Shown: in pieces, positions 34,355 to 43,291 of the stretch
How positions within the stretch are numbered: the stretch's first letter is position 1
Layout of the letters: each line of letters begins with the position of its first letter
DNA from: a virus
Taxonomy: Duplodnaviria; Caudoviricetes
Virus record (IMG/VR): IMGVR_UViG_3300037478_000562
Span: 1-44,877 of that record
Strand: one strand, 5' to 3'
DNA: 44,877 bases
Notes under the pieces: generated by a model
The model's database searches: none
What the model was told of the DNA's origin: nothing
Seen by the model: the letters and a program-made list of their open reading frames with translations, nothing else
Translations under genes and position numbers: made by a program

Positions 34355-35523
34355 GGCCGCACCCGCGCTACCGGCGGGGGCGAGTCATGCAGCACCCCGG
34401 GCACCGGACACCAGCCGTCGCTGCCCCGGTAGTACCGCCAGTAGGCGACGTGCCGGAAGCCCCGCCCCAGCACGTACTCGAGGCCGTCCTCGTGGCGCAC
34501 GCGAGTCCCGCGGGAAAGGTCCGGATTCGTCGCGTACCAGGGCGCGGGGGATCGCGGGTGCAGCCACATGAGCCCGTCACCCTGGGGGCGCGGTCTCGTC
34601 GGCTGGCTCGGCGTCGCGGCGGTCGGGCCGGCGAGCGGGAGGAAGTGGTCGGTGGCGCCGACGTTCGCATCGCGTCGCTCGATCCAGTCCCAATTCGGCG
34701 GATCGCCGAAGCCGTCGCACAGCTCGCCCGGATCGCCCGGGCTACCGGATCCCAGGTCCGGCCCCGAGCCGTCGGTCAGGACGCAGTCGAAGGGCTGATG
34801 CTCGAGGTCCGAGCCCACGCAGTAGCGCCCGTCAGGGTCGACCGCGCCGCACTTCGCCAGGTCCCACTGCTCGGCGGCGACGAGGCCCCTGGGGTCGTCG
34901 ACCACGATCAGGATCTCGTCGGGCGAGCGCCCCGAGGGGTCGCCGCTGTACGCGCAGTGGCCGGCGGCGATCAGCTCGGCGGCGACGTCCTGCGTGTACC
35001 GCCTCATGTCGGGCTCGGCGTCGGGGTCCGGGGTCCGGAGCTTCGCGCGAAGCTGGCCGGCGCGCTCGTGGATCTCGACCAGGTAGCTGGGGCGGGAGGC
35101 GATCACGCGGCGCTCGGCGGCCGAGACTGCAGCTCCGGCCAGCGCGCGGTCGTCGCCAGCCCGGCAGGTGAACGCCGTGATCGGGGGGCAGCTCGCGGGC
35201 GGCAACACGGGGGGCGGCGTCGGGGTCGGAGCCGGCCCGGGCGTTGGCGTCGGCTCTACCTCCGGCGGGGGTGTGGCGGTCGGCGCGGGCGTTGGGGTGG
35301 GCTCCACGTCACAGCCCTCGACCACGCGCCAGGTGCGGCGCGGGATCCTGTCGGCGCCCACCACGATCGGGCCCTCGATCACGCACTTCGCGGGGAGCGG
35401 CGTGCCGTCGGCGCGGACGGGCCAGGGGTCGCGCGCCAAGCGCACCGTCGCGCAGCCGTGCGCCATCACGAGCGCCGGCACCAGCGCGGCCAGCGTCCAG
35501 AGGATCCCGCGCCAATCCTTCAT
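34351..35523 (-). CDS. Cys-rich lipoprotein with Pro/Thr linker
   Basis: MKDWRGILWTLAALVPALVMAHGC lipobox-like signal; PTPTP repeats; paired cysteines. Confidence 0.7.
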   Translation of the reverse strand: MKDWRGILWTLAALVPALVMAHGCATVRLARDPWPVRADGTPLPAKCVIEGPIVVGADRIPRRTWRVVEGCDVEPTPTPAPTATPPPEVEPTPTPGPAPTPTPPPVLPPASCPPITAFTCRAGDDRALAGAAVSAAERRVIASRPSYLVEIHERAGQLRAKLRTPDPDAEPDMRRYTQDVAAELIAAGHCAYSGDPSGRSPDEILIVVDDPRGLVAAEQWDLAKCGAVDPDGRYCVGSDLEHQPFDCVLTDGSGPDLGSGSPGDPGELCDGFGDPPNWDWIERRDANVGATDHFLPLAGPTAATPSQPTRPRPQGDGLMWLHPRSPAPWYATNPDLSRGTRVRHEDGLEYVLGRGFRHVAYWRYYRGSDGWCPVPGVLHDSPPPVARVRP

Positions 35524-35750
35524 CAGTCCCTCCGCAGCCGGTTGAACTCGGCCAGCACTCGCCCGACGCCGTCGATATCCAGCGCGTTCAGCAGCGCCGT
35601 GCACCAGATCCGATCGCGGTCGGCGAGGATGGGTGATAGCGGGGGCGTCCCCGGCTGGGCGGGGAGCGTGCCGAAGCACTTACTGCACCCGCAGAGTGGG
35701 TGATAGGGATGATCCGGAGACTCTTGGCCCACGTCTGTTGCATGCGGCAT
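35523..35750 (-). CDS. small hypothetical protein (HxxCxCxxC)
   Basis: GGAGG RBS; TGATG-coupled to lipoprotein gene. Confidence 0.55.
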   Translation of the reverse strand: MPHATDVGQESPDHPYHPLCGCSKCFGTLPAQPGTPPLSPILADRDRIWCTALLNALDIDGVGRVLAEFNRLRRD

Positions 35751-35784
35751 CACGCCTCCAGCGGGGCGACCGCGCCCCGGGCAA

Positions 35785-36345
35785 TCACTCCAGCCCCTCC
35801 GACGCCTCGGCGACTCGATCGTCCCGCACCACCAGCGCGTGTGAGTAGATCCGGTCGACGTAGCCCTGGAGCCGCATCGGGCTCCCGTCGTCCCCGGTCG
35901 GGCCGCCGTTGTAGCGCGCCAGCGCTCGCGCCACGTCACCGCCGACCGCGCTCAGCTCGCCGATCAGGACACGCAGCCCGAGCGCGACGTTGGTGATCGG
36001 GAGCAGCGCGAACCCGAAGCGCATGGCCGTGCCACGTGGAACACCGCACAGCTCCCGGATGTTGTAGCCCATCACCTGCATGAGCCCATAGCTCTTGTCG
36101 TCCTCGAGCATCCCGTCGTCCTGGTCCGGGGTGTCTCCGTCGCTCGCTGCGTCGCGACGGCCGGCGCGATCTTGGTGCGGCTCGTACAGCCGCGCGGACG
36201 GGTTGCCGCGGCTCTCCGCGAGCACGAGCCCCTCGAGCCATTCGCCCGGGAAGAAACTCACGCCGCGATAGGTCCAGCCGGGCAGCGCCACCAGCTCCGC
36301 GCAGGCGTCGAGCAGGCGGCGGTAGCGGCGGGTGGGGAGGCTCAC
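35785..36345 (-). CDS. endolysin, SLT-type lytic transglycosylase
   Basis: Catalytic AESRGNP, SYGLMQV, ALARYNGG, YVDRI. Confidence 0.9.
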   Translation of the reverse strand: MSLPTRRYRRLLDACAELVALPGWTYRGVSFFPGEWLEGLVLAESRGNPSARLYEPHQDRAGRRDAASDGDTPDQDDGMLEDDKSYGLMQVMGYNIRELCGVPRGTAMRFGFALLPITNVALGLRVLIGELSAVGGDVARALARYNGGPTGDDGSPMRLQGYVDRIYSHALVVRDDRVAEASEGLE

Positions 36346-36566
36346 CGGCGCCCCACCGTGATGCCGGTCTCGCGGAAGATTTGCTCCCGCTTCCCGGCGA
36401 ACTCCGCCTGAATCTTCGCGATTCCCTCCCGGCGTAGCTGCTCGAAGACGATGTCCTGCTCGCGGCGCATCCCGTCGAAGATGAGCTGGAGTTGCTCGCG
36501 CGCCGTCGGCTTCGCGTGGCGCCGGAACACGGCGGAGAGCCACGCGCGGACGCGAGCGAGCATCAC
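36342..36566 (-). CDS. hypothetical protein, 74 aa
   Basis: GTGA-coupled chain. Confidence 0.55.
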   Translation of the reverse strand: MMLARVRAWLSAVFRRHAKPTAREQLQLIFDGMRREQDIVFEQLRREGIAKIQAEFAGKREQIFRETGITVGRR

Positions 36567-36793
36567 CGGCGCTCCGGCAACAGGCGCACCTGATGGAGCG
36601 GGTAGGGCGCGGCCTGGCCTTGGCCCTCGCCGTCCTCGGAGTCGAACACGATCAGCACGGTGTCCAAGACGATCTCCTCGACCGTGCCGTGGTGGTTGGG
36701 CGGCGGATCATGGCCCATCGCCTCGAGCATGATGGCCCGTAGCTGCGCGAGCCCGGGGTCGGTGACGTAGACGCGATCGCCGGGCTTCATCAC
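36563..36793 (-). CDS. small SH3/KOW-like beta protein
   Basis: MKPGDRVYV...GTVEEI...VLIVFD. Confidence 0.6.
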   Translation of the reverse strand: MMKPGDRVYVTDPGLAQLRAIMLEAMGHDPPPNHHGTVEEIVLDTVLIVFDSEDGEGQGQAAPYPLHQVRLLPERR

Positions 36794-37053
36794 CGGCGCT
36801 CCACCGGGCGCGCCTCCTGGCGTGCGTCGAGGTCGGCCTCGGCCATCGCCCGAAGCGCCGCAGAGAACCGGGGCTCGGCCTCCAGGCCCGCCACCGCTGA
36901 GGCGGCCTCCTTGAACGCCCTGACCGCGCGCCCCAACCCCAAGAGACGGGCGGTCCCCGGCGCGAGAGGGGGCTCGGCGGGGACCGCCCCTGCGGCGGTT
37001 GGCGGCTGCGGGGGGTTGTGCGTTGGCTCCGGCTGCGACACTTCGGGCTCCAA
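36790..37053 (-). CDS. hypothetical protein, first gene after late promoter
   Basis: ORF track; TTG start uncertain. Confidence 0.4.
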   Translation of the reverse strand: MEPEVSQPEPTHNPPQPPTAAGAVPAEPPLAPGTARLLGLGRAVRAFKEAASAVAGLEAEPRFSAALRAMAEADLDARQEARPVERR

Positions 37054-37173
37054 TCGTCTGGAGCCCAGGCGCGCCGGCTAGCGTCTGTCCTGGCCCGATG
37101 GGGTCTGGGGTCTCGTCCTGGGTGTCGCTCTGCCCCTTGCCATCGGGGGCCCTACGTCGGCCGCTGGTCCGAG

Positions 37174-37202
37174 ATTATGCGCTCCGGGGCGGCGGCGGTC
37201 AA
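37174..37202 (-). promoter_or_regulatory. strong sigma70-type promoter (probable late promoter)
   Basis: TTGACC-17 nt-CATAAT pointing into lysis and morphogenesis genes. Confidence 0.75.
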
Positions 37203-37876
37203 GGGTTCATCGTCCTCGCCGAGCACCGCGCCGTCAGCTCCGGCCCGAGCTGCTCGAACCCCGGCGACCTGGACCGCGCCGTCCTGGCAATCGAAAGGAG
37301 TACGTCGCGGAAAGGCGTGGGGGTGAGGGCGCGTTGGCGCTGACTCAGCCGTTGACACGCCCCCGTCCGCACGGCTCGGCGCCGCTCGGCGGCCGAGTGA
37401 TAGCCGTCGTCGAGGCGTACCCTCTGACCGCTGCTGCCCCATCGCAGCTCAGGCAACTGGCACTCGTGAGCGAATAGCCACGTCGCCTTCCGCGCGGCGT
37501 GCCCGTAGTGCCCCTGCTCAACGCAGCAAGTCCATCCGCCGTAAAGATCGGCCGCGATCCAGCCGCCTTCGCGCGGTGGCCGGCGCAGTCCGTGAGCATC
37601 CCAGGCCCGACTCGCCTCCGGGTGCTCCAGTATGCCGCCCCACCGCCTGACGGCCGCCAGCGCCGCGGCGAAGCAGCCGCCATCGTCACCCAGGCGACGC
37701 CGAATGCGCGCTGACGGGCCTCCCGACCAGTACCTGCCCCACCTGGCGCACGGAGGGTGTGCCACGACGGGGAAGGGGCCAGCGTAGAGCCGCGCGTCCC
37801 GGCTCTCGTCCCACGGATCCACGCCGGGCAGCCCGAAGTATGGGCCGCCCGGCAGCACGTAGAGGGCGGCGATCAC
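37199..37876 (-). CDS. compact C5-cytosine methyltransferase-like protein
   Basis: VVAHPPC (motif IV-like), ILEHP (motif VI-like), Q..YGH..RKATWL (motif VIII-like), RALTP..F; no canonical FxGxG. Confidence 0.55.
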   Translation of the reverse strand: MIAALYVLPGGPYFGLPGVDPWDESRDARLYAGPFPVVAHPPCARWGRYWSGGPSARIRRRLGDDGGCFAAALAAVRRWGGILEHPEASRAWDAHGLRRPPREGGWIAADLYGGWTCCVEQGHYGHAARKATWLFAHECQLPELRWGSSGQRVRLDDGYHSAAERRRAVRTGACQRLSQRQRALTPTPFRDVLLSIARTARSRSPGFEQLGPELTARCSARTMNP

Positions 37877-38304
37877 GGGGCCTCGCACCAGTCCAGCCAC
37901 CGAGGCGAGAGCTGCGCCCGTGCTTCGGCCGCGATCTCGTCGAGCGCCGCGAACGTCGGCAGCCCCGCCACCACCCGATGGGTCCGCACGAGCTGGCACG
38001 CGATCCAGTCCGAGTGCTCGCTGAGCCGCTCCGCGGTCCGCTGCGCCTCGAGCCGCGCATCCCGCTCCGCTCGCACGTCCAGGGTAGTCCGCCCCACCCC
38101 CACGGCGATCCCGACGAGCAGCGCCAGCAGCAGGGCGCCGCAGCGCAGCGCGTACCACGCCCACTCCGGCGCGGGTCGAGGACGCAGGCACTCGCCGCGG
38201 TGGATCGCGTAGAGCTGCCTCCGGAGCCGCGCTCGGCCAGGCGAGACAGGGACGCCGGGGCGCGGCACGACGCGCGGCACGAGGGCGAGGGCGCGGCGGG
38301 TCAC
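37873..38304 (-). CDS. single-TM hypothetical protein
   Basis: GALLLALLVGIAVGVG; coupled at both ends. Confidence 0.55.
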   Translation of the reverse strand: MTRRALALVPRVVPRPGVPVSPGRARLRRQLYAIHRGECLRPRPAPEWAWYALRCGALLLALLVGIAVGVGRTTLDVRAERDARLEAQRTAERLSEHSDWIACQLVRTHRVVAGLPTFAALDEIAAEARAQLSPRWLDWCEAP

Positions 38305-38501
38305 CGCCACGTCCTCCGGATCACGTGATTCAATCGCTCGACCCACCGGAGAGAGCGACGGCGACCTTCTTCGGCTGGATCGAGCATCGCGACCGCCGCG
38401 AAGTGGTCGCGCGCGTCCATGAGTACGGATTCGAGTTCCAACACGCGGGCGCGGGCGCGCACCATCTCGCCTTTGAATGGGATCGGTCTCTCTCTGGTCA
38501 T
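38301..38501 (-). CDS. short protein with ASCH-family-like N-terminus (possible remnant)
   Basis: MTRERPIPFKGEMVRA resembles the ERPILFxxxMVRA start of phage ASCH/PUA proteins. Confidence 0.45.
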   Translation of the reverse strand: MTRERPIPFKGEMVRARARVLELESVLMDARDHFAAVAMLDPAEEGRRRSLRWVERLNHVIRRTWR

Positions 38502-38731
38502 CCGAGCCTCCGCTGCCGCACGCGCCGCACCACCACGTCCACCACGCGCCCGCCCTGACAGACGACCCGCGCCTCGACGTGTACCTCGTGCCCGTCCCGG
38601 CTCTCGGCCAGCGCGGCCTCGACTTCGAGTTGGAGCTGCTCGTCGCGCTCGCGGCCGATCAGCCGGTCGAGCCCCGGCGTGTAGGGCCGCGGGCGGGGGA
38701 AGCTCACGGGGACCGGGCGGCGCGCGCTCAC
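38498..38731 (-). CDS. hypothetical protein, 77 aa
   Basis: GTGA/ATGA coupling on both sides. Confidence 0.5.
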   Translation of the reverse strand: MSARRPVPVSFPRPRPYTPGLDRLIGRERDEQLQLEVEAALAESRDGHEVHVEARVVCQGGRVVDVVVRRVRQRRLG

Positions 38732-39948
38732 GAGGCCGGCTCCACCACCCGCACGTCGTTGAGCAGCGGCGCGTCGTAGCGGATCCGTCGGCGCGCCAAC
38801 TCGGCGTACTCGGGCGACAGCTCGATGCCCACGAAGTCCCGGCCGAGGCGACGCGCCGCCAGCCCCGTCGTGCCGGCGCCTGCGAAGGGGTCGAGCACCG
38901 TGTCGCCCGGCCGAGAGCCCGCGAGGACGCAGGGCTCGACGAGAGCGGGCGGGAACGTCGCGAAGTGCGCCTCGGGGTAGGGCTGCGTGGCGATGGTCCA
39001 GACGCTGCGGCGGTTGCGGTTGGGGCTCAATGGCGCGCCGTTGCCGTGGCTGTCGCGGGCCGTGGCGTGGCTGTTCTCGAACTTGTTGCCGCTCACGTAC
39101 TGACCACCGCGGAAGGTGCGGGCGTCGCCCTTCTCGCGGTTGTGCCCGACCGCCGAGTGATCGCCCGGTCCTGCAGCCCAACCTGCCACGCCGGCATCGT
39201 GGGCGCTAGCGCGAGGCTCCTTGATCGCCTCGGCGTCGTAGTAGTACGCCGGCCGCTTGCTCAGCAGGAACAGGTACTCGTGGGCCTTCGTCGGTCGGTC
39301 CCGCACGCTCTCCGGCATCGGGTTCGGCTTGTGCCACACGATGTCCGACCGGAGATACCAGCCGTCGGCGCGCAGCGCGAACGCGAGCATCCACGGGATA
39401 CCGACCAGGTCTTTGGGCTTGAGGGCTCCAGTGGCGCGGCGGGACGACACCCCGCGAAGCGCGTGCAGCTTGGGGCCGCCGCCCCGGTGGCCGTTCCCCT
39501 CAAGCGTCGAGCTAGCGCTCGGGGGACCGCCGCGCAACGACTGGCCGGCGCTCGCCACGTAGCTGTCCCCGATATTGAGCCACAGCGTGCCGTCGTCTGC
39601 GAGCACGCGCCGCACCTCGCGGAAGACCTCCACCATGCGCTCGACGTACTGCTCCGGCGTCGCCTCGAGCCCGAGTTGCTGGTCGACGCGGCGCGCCCCG
39701 CACTTGCCACAGACGGTTCTGTAGCCGATGGCCTGACTGCCGGCTGATGTGTTCTGTTTGGCTGACCTGACCGACTCGCCGCCGAGTTGCTGCCTGTGGT
39801 CGCAGGCCGCGTCGCCACCATCCCAGTTCGCCGTCCCGTAGTCGCGGAGGCCCCAGTAGGGCGGGCTCGTCACGCAGCACCGCGCGAGCCCGTCCGGGAG
39901 CGTCCGCAGCAGCGAGAGCGCGTCGCCGCAGTAGATCGTGCTGCTCAC
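38728..39948 (-). CDS. orphan beta-class N4/N6 DNA methyltransferase
   Basis: CCVTSPPYWGLRDY near N-terminus, WHKPNPMPESVRDRPTKAHEY, HFATFP, VLDPFAGAGTT near C-terminus. Confidence 0.93.
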   Translation of the reverse strand: MSSTIYCGDALSLLRTLPDGLARCCVTSPPYWGLRDYGTANWDGGDAACDHRQQLGGESVRSAKQNTSAGSQAIGYRTVCGKCGARRVDQQLGLEATPEQYVERMVEVFREVRRVLADDGTLWLNIGDSYVASAGQSLRGGPPSASSTLEGNGHRGGGPKLHALRGVSSRRATGALKPKDLVGIPWMLAFALRADGWYLRSDIVWHKPNPMPESVRDRPTKAHEYLFLLSKRPAYYYDAEAIKEPRASAHDAGVAGWAAGPGDHSAVGHNREKGDARTFRGGQYVSGNKFENSHATARDSHGNGAPLSPNRNRRSVWTIATQPYPEAHFATFPPALVEPCVLAGSRPGDTVLDPFAGAGTTGLAARRLGRDFVGIELSPEYAELARRRIRYDAPLLNDVRVVEPAS

Positions 39949-40481
39949 GCCCCCGGCTCCGCGGGAAGGTGCGCCGGGCACGGGCAGCGGACCAGCCGGC
40001 GCCGCCCGTACTCGGCGATCAGCGCCGCGTCCACGATCCCGTCGTGCGCCTTCCGGCTCCGCTCGCTCGCGCGGAAGTCGAACCCCGGGAACAGCCGCTG
40101 CGCCGCGATCAGGGCGCGCTGCTTCGTGTCGCTGCCCGACACGTCACGCAGCATCACCGACTGCCACGAGCGCGGCGCGACCAGCTCGTACGGGATGCCG
40201 AGGCCCGCGAGCAGCCCTTCCCACAGCCCGCGAGAAACGCCCCGCTGGAACTGAGCGTTCCCGCCCCCGGGCATCGACGGCGGCAGCGGCTGCGCTCGCT
40301 CGACAACGACGTGGAGCGACACGCGCGTCAGGAAACGCCGGATCGCCACCAGGTCGTACTCGGCTCGACCCTTCGCCGCCTTCAGCACCGGCATCGGCAG
40401 CGTCTCGGTGATCGCCCCGACATCGTTGAGCACGACCAGGCCGCCAGCCTTGCCGGGGTCACAGCCCAGTACCGTCGTCAC
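39945..40481 (-). CDS. RuvC-like Holliday junction resolvase
   Basis: LGCDPGKAGG, VVVERAQ, PRSWQ, HDGIVDAALIA. Confidence 0.88.
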   Translation of the reverse strand: MTTVLGCDPGKAGGLVVLNDVGAITETLPMPVLKAAKGRAEYDLVAIRRFLTRVSLHVVVERAQPLPPSMPGGGNAQFQRGVSRGLWEGLLAGLGIPYELVAPRSWQSVMLRDVSGSDTKQRALIAAQRLFPGFDFRASERSRKAHDGIVDAALIAEYGRRRLVRCPCPAHLPAEPGA

Positions 40482-41155
40482 GACTCGATCGCCTGCGTCG
40501 TGCCGTCGGCGTTGAGCCGCGCCCCGCGCCCGCCCGACACGATCTCGATACTGTCGATCCCCGACCCGGGCTTGGGCCGGAGCCGCTCGACCGAAGCGCG
40601 TACCTTCGCGTCCGAACTGAGCGCGCGCTCCGCGATGGTCTGCCCTGGGATGTCCGCGAACAGGTGGCGCTGCGAGTGGTTCAGCGCTGCGGCGAAGTCC
40701 TCGAGGTCCCGCTTGTACGTCCCGTGCCGCCGGATCACGGACGAGAACTCCTCGACGTCGTGCTTCCGCAGCCGGTAGACGCGCCGCCCACGCTCGTCCT
40801 CGGCTGGCTCGCCGTCGGTGTCGTACACGACCTCGGCGTGGCTCAACTCGTGGTCGAGCAACGCCGCGCGCTGCGCGTCGCTCACCTCACTGCTCTGCCA
40901 GAAGTCGGCCTGGAGCATGATCACGAAATCGAGCCCCATCAGCTCGCGATCCGGGTCACCGACCCGCTTGCACTTCCCGAGCGTCACGCGCCCGTCGACG
41001 TCGGGCTTCCACGCGGTCGCCCACGCCAGTGCGATCCGCGCGTACATCAGGTGCTCGTGGTGCTCCTCGATCATCCGGTTGAGCAGCGCGTACATCTCGG
41101 GTCCCGGCGGCTCGTCGCGCGGGATCACGTGGAAGTTGACTTTCTTCGCGGCCAT
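40478..41155 (-). CDS. putative phage metallopeptidase
   Basis: LGKCK...DFVI...ALLDHELSHA...KHDVEEF. Confidence 0.8.
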   Translation of the reverse strand: MAAKKVNFHVIPRDEPPGPEMYALLNRMIEEHHEHLMYARIALAWATAWKPDVDGRVTLGKCKRVGDPDRELMGLDFVIMLQADFWQSSEVSDAQRAALLDHELSHAEVVYDTDGEPAEDERGRRVYRLRKHDVEEFSSVIRRHGTYKRDLEDFAAALNHSQRHLFADIPGQTIAERALSSDAKVRASVERLRPKPGSGIDSIEIVSGGRGARLNADGTTQAIES

Positions 41156-41189
41156 CTAGCCCTCCCTGATTGCTACCGTTTGTTGCACA

Positions 41190-41678
41190 TCAGAATGGAA
41201 TCGGCTCCGCGCTCTTGCGAAGCAGCCCCATCGCATCCGCCAGCCTGTGGACGTACGCGGGCGCATCCTCACCAGGCCGTCGAGGGTTCGCCCGCACGAT
41301 CTCGATACGCCGCCGCTCGTCGTCCCGCTCGTCCTCGGCGCACTCAACCCGGATGCCCGACTCCTCGGGCCGCTCCAACGCGCACCCGCCGCACCACGCG
41401 CGGAACGTTGCCGCCGCTGTGCCACAGGCCCGGCAACGGGGAGATTCCACCTTGCGCTGCTCGCGTGCCGTCCCGATCAGGCGCGCCGGGTACGGGAACC
41501 GCGGCTCGTCCTCGATGGCTCGCTGAACGCAGTAGATCCACTCGGACTCGTCCATCCCACGGCACGAGCGCCAGTAAATCTCCCGGAGCCGGTCCCACTC
41601 CGGGCCGTCTGTCCGCTTGCCGAAGGCCGAAGCGAGGTCGCGGAAGTGCCTGACGAACTCGGTGTAGTGCATGCTCAT
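41190..41678 (-). CDS. replication accessory (helicase loader/inhibitor-like) protein
   Basis: Coupled to initiator; RFPYPARL motif; CxxC pair; ends in IPF. Confidence 0.5.
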   Translation of the reverse strand: MSMHYTEFVRHFRDLASAFGKRTDGPEWDRLREIYWRSCRGMDESEWIYCVQRAIEDEPRFPYPARLIGTAREQRKVESPRCRACGTAAATFRAWCGGCALERPEESGIRVECAEDERDDERRRIEIVRANPRRPGEDAPAYVHRLADAMGLLRKSAEPIPF

Positions 41679-42577
41679 CGAATGACCCGCTCCCGTCGCT
41701 GCGCTGCGACGCGCGCCTGAGTCACCACGTCCCGACCCTCCGCGACGGCGAACGACACGGACGAGTCGAACGGCTCTCCGGCTTCGATGGACTCCGCGAA
41801 CGCCGCCGCGTAGCGCGCCGCGTCGCAGTCGTCCGGCGGCGGCGGGGGCTCCCGAGTCTCACTGTTGGCTTTCCCGAACGCCCGGGTGCGCGCCGCGTGA
41901 AGCGTCTGGACGAGCCGGTCGTCGGTCATGCTCGCGGGGTTGACGACGCTCCGCCCATCCCATCGAGACAGGTCGGCCAACACCTCGGTCGGGTCTCGGT
42001 CCTCGTGCCGCGCGAGTTGGCGCACGAGCGACAGGAGCTCACGCTCGAGGTCGGACCTCCGGCCAGCTACGAGGGGGTTCGGGCGTGGTTGGGGGCGGCT
42101 TCCTTCGGGGGCTGCGGACGGGCGTGTTGAGCCGTTCTGTTCGTTCGTTGTAGTAGCAGACGGAGACGGAGACGGAGACGGAGACGGAAAGCTTTCACTT
42201 GGGTTGCCAGTAGCTAACCTATAGCTTTTGGCGTCGGCTGATTTCATTGACCTTCCGCCTTTTCTGCCATTGGCGGCAGCACGAGCGCTTCTCTCACGCT
42301 GTTGTGAGCGCTCTCTTTCCAGTCGTGACTGAAACAGGCGGTTGTCGCGCTCCTCGAAACAGGGAGAAATTGCCGGCCAGCACCGGCTGAACGTCTGGTG
42401 CCGGACTCGAAGAACCCGCGCGAGGCGGACCGGATCGGCCGGCACGGAGCCCTCGATCCAGGCGTGCATCAGCAGCCGGACGTACATCCCGAACTCCTCG
42501 TGCGTCATCGCCGCGCAGTGCTCGTCCGACAGGATGTCCTTCGGGTAGAGGCTGAATGCCGGCGACGGAGCCTTCAC
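41675..42577 (-). CDS. replication initiator, DUF1376/YdaU-like
   Basis: PAFSLYPKDILSD...MTHEEFGMYVRLLMHAW...QSRLERE...NGRKGG; PSPSPSPS linker. Confidence 0.85.
   Translation of the reverse strand: MKAPSPAFSLYPKDILSDEHCAAMTHEEFGMYVRLLMHAWIEGSVPADPVRLARVLRVRHQTFSRCWPAISPCFEERDNRLFQSRLERERSQQRERSARAAANGRKGGRSMKSADAKSYRLATGNPSESFPSPSPSPSPSATTTNEQNGSTRPSAAPEGSRPQPRPNPLVAGRRSDLERELLSLVRQLARHEDRDPTEVLADLSRWDGRSVVNPASMTDDRLVQTLHAARTRAFGKANSETREPPPPPDDCDAARYAAAFAESIEAGEPFDSSVSFAVAEGRDVVTQARVAAQRRERVIR
42130..42340. other. candidate replication origin inside initiator gene
   Basis: Locally lower GC; GACGGA hexamer array ~42159-42188; TAGCT and GAGCGCT repeats; lambda-O-like location. Confidence 0.4.
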
Positions 42578-42605
42578 GCCCCGAGCCTCTGGCGCTGTCG
42601 AGTTG

Positions 42606-43058
42606 TCACGGTGCTGGTCGCTCTCCTTCCCCGGCTCGCGCCGGCAGTGCCGCCTCCGCCAACGCCACGCCGTCGAGCACGACCCGCCAGCCCGCGCGCT
42701 GGAGCCACACGGCGGCCCATGCGCGGTGACACTGGCCACGGGCCGCGGCAGCCTTGGAGCACGCGCAGACCAGGGTGTCGCCGTCAACCACCAAGCAGGC
42801 GTCGTCCAGGAACCGGAGCCGACCGGGGGCAAGGTCGGGAAAGCGGACGAGGCACCGATTGTCGAACCGTTGTCGGTACACGTCGAGGCTGATCCGCCGA
42901 TTCCGCACCAGCTCGAGGTCGAGCGCGAGGGGCGTGAGGTCCCGCACGTTCCCGGAGAAGCGCTCGAAGTGGCGGGGCCGGGCCATGATGTTGAACACGC
43001 GCCCGCGGTGCAGCTTCCGGCTGCTCGCGTTCGTGACGTGGATCGTCGGGCGGGTCAC
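42606..43058 (-). CDS. DUF488-like protein
   Basis: DLTP...YRQRF...LVCAC...CHRAWAA. Confidence 0.6.
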   Translation of the reverse strand: MTRPTIHVTNASSRKLHRGRVFNIMARPRHFERFSGNVRDLTPLALDLELVRNRRISLDVYRQRFDNRCLVRFPDLAPGRLRFLDDACLVVDGDTLVCACSKAAAARGQCHRAWAAVWLQRAGWRVVLDGVALAEAALPARAGEGERPAP

Positions 43059-43291
43059 GCCTCCGCCTCCGGGTGGGCGCGGCGGAACGCGCGGTCCGCC
43101 ATCGAGCGCAGCCGCTGAAGCTCCGCGCACGTGCGTGCGTGCCCTTCGCGCGCTAGGCTGTTGTTGCTCATCGTCGACTCGCAGCCCCCGCAGCGCACCA
43201 CGCCCGCCGCGAGCTGCGTCGCCTCGGAGATCACGACGAACCCCTGGCCCACGTGCCGGCCGACAGGCTGGCGCTCCGTCATTCGCTCCAC
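43055..43291 (-). CDS. small zinc-finger-like protein (CGGC...HARTC)
   Basis: ORF track; coupled to neighbours. Confidence 0.55.
   Translation of the reverse strand: MERMTERQPVGRHVGQGFVVISEATQLAAGVVRCGGCESTMSNNSLAREGHARTCAELQRLRSMADRAFRRAHPEAEA

Noticed and set aside
38728-40481. Restriction-modification pair
   Set aside because: The adjacent nuclease has RuvC resolvase motifs; the methylase is a typical phage orphan.
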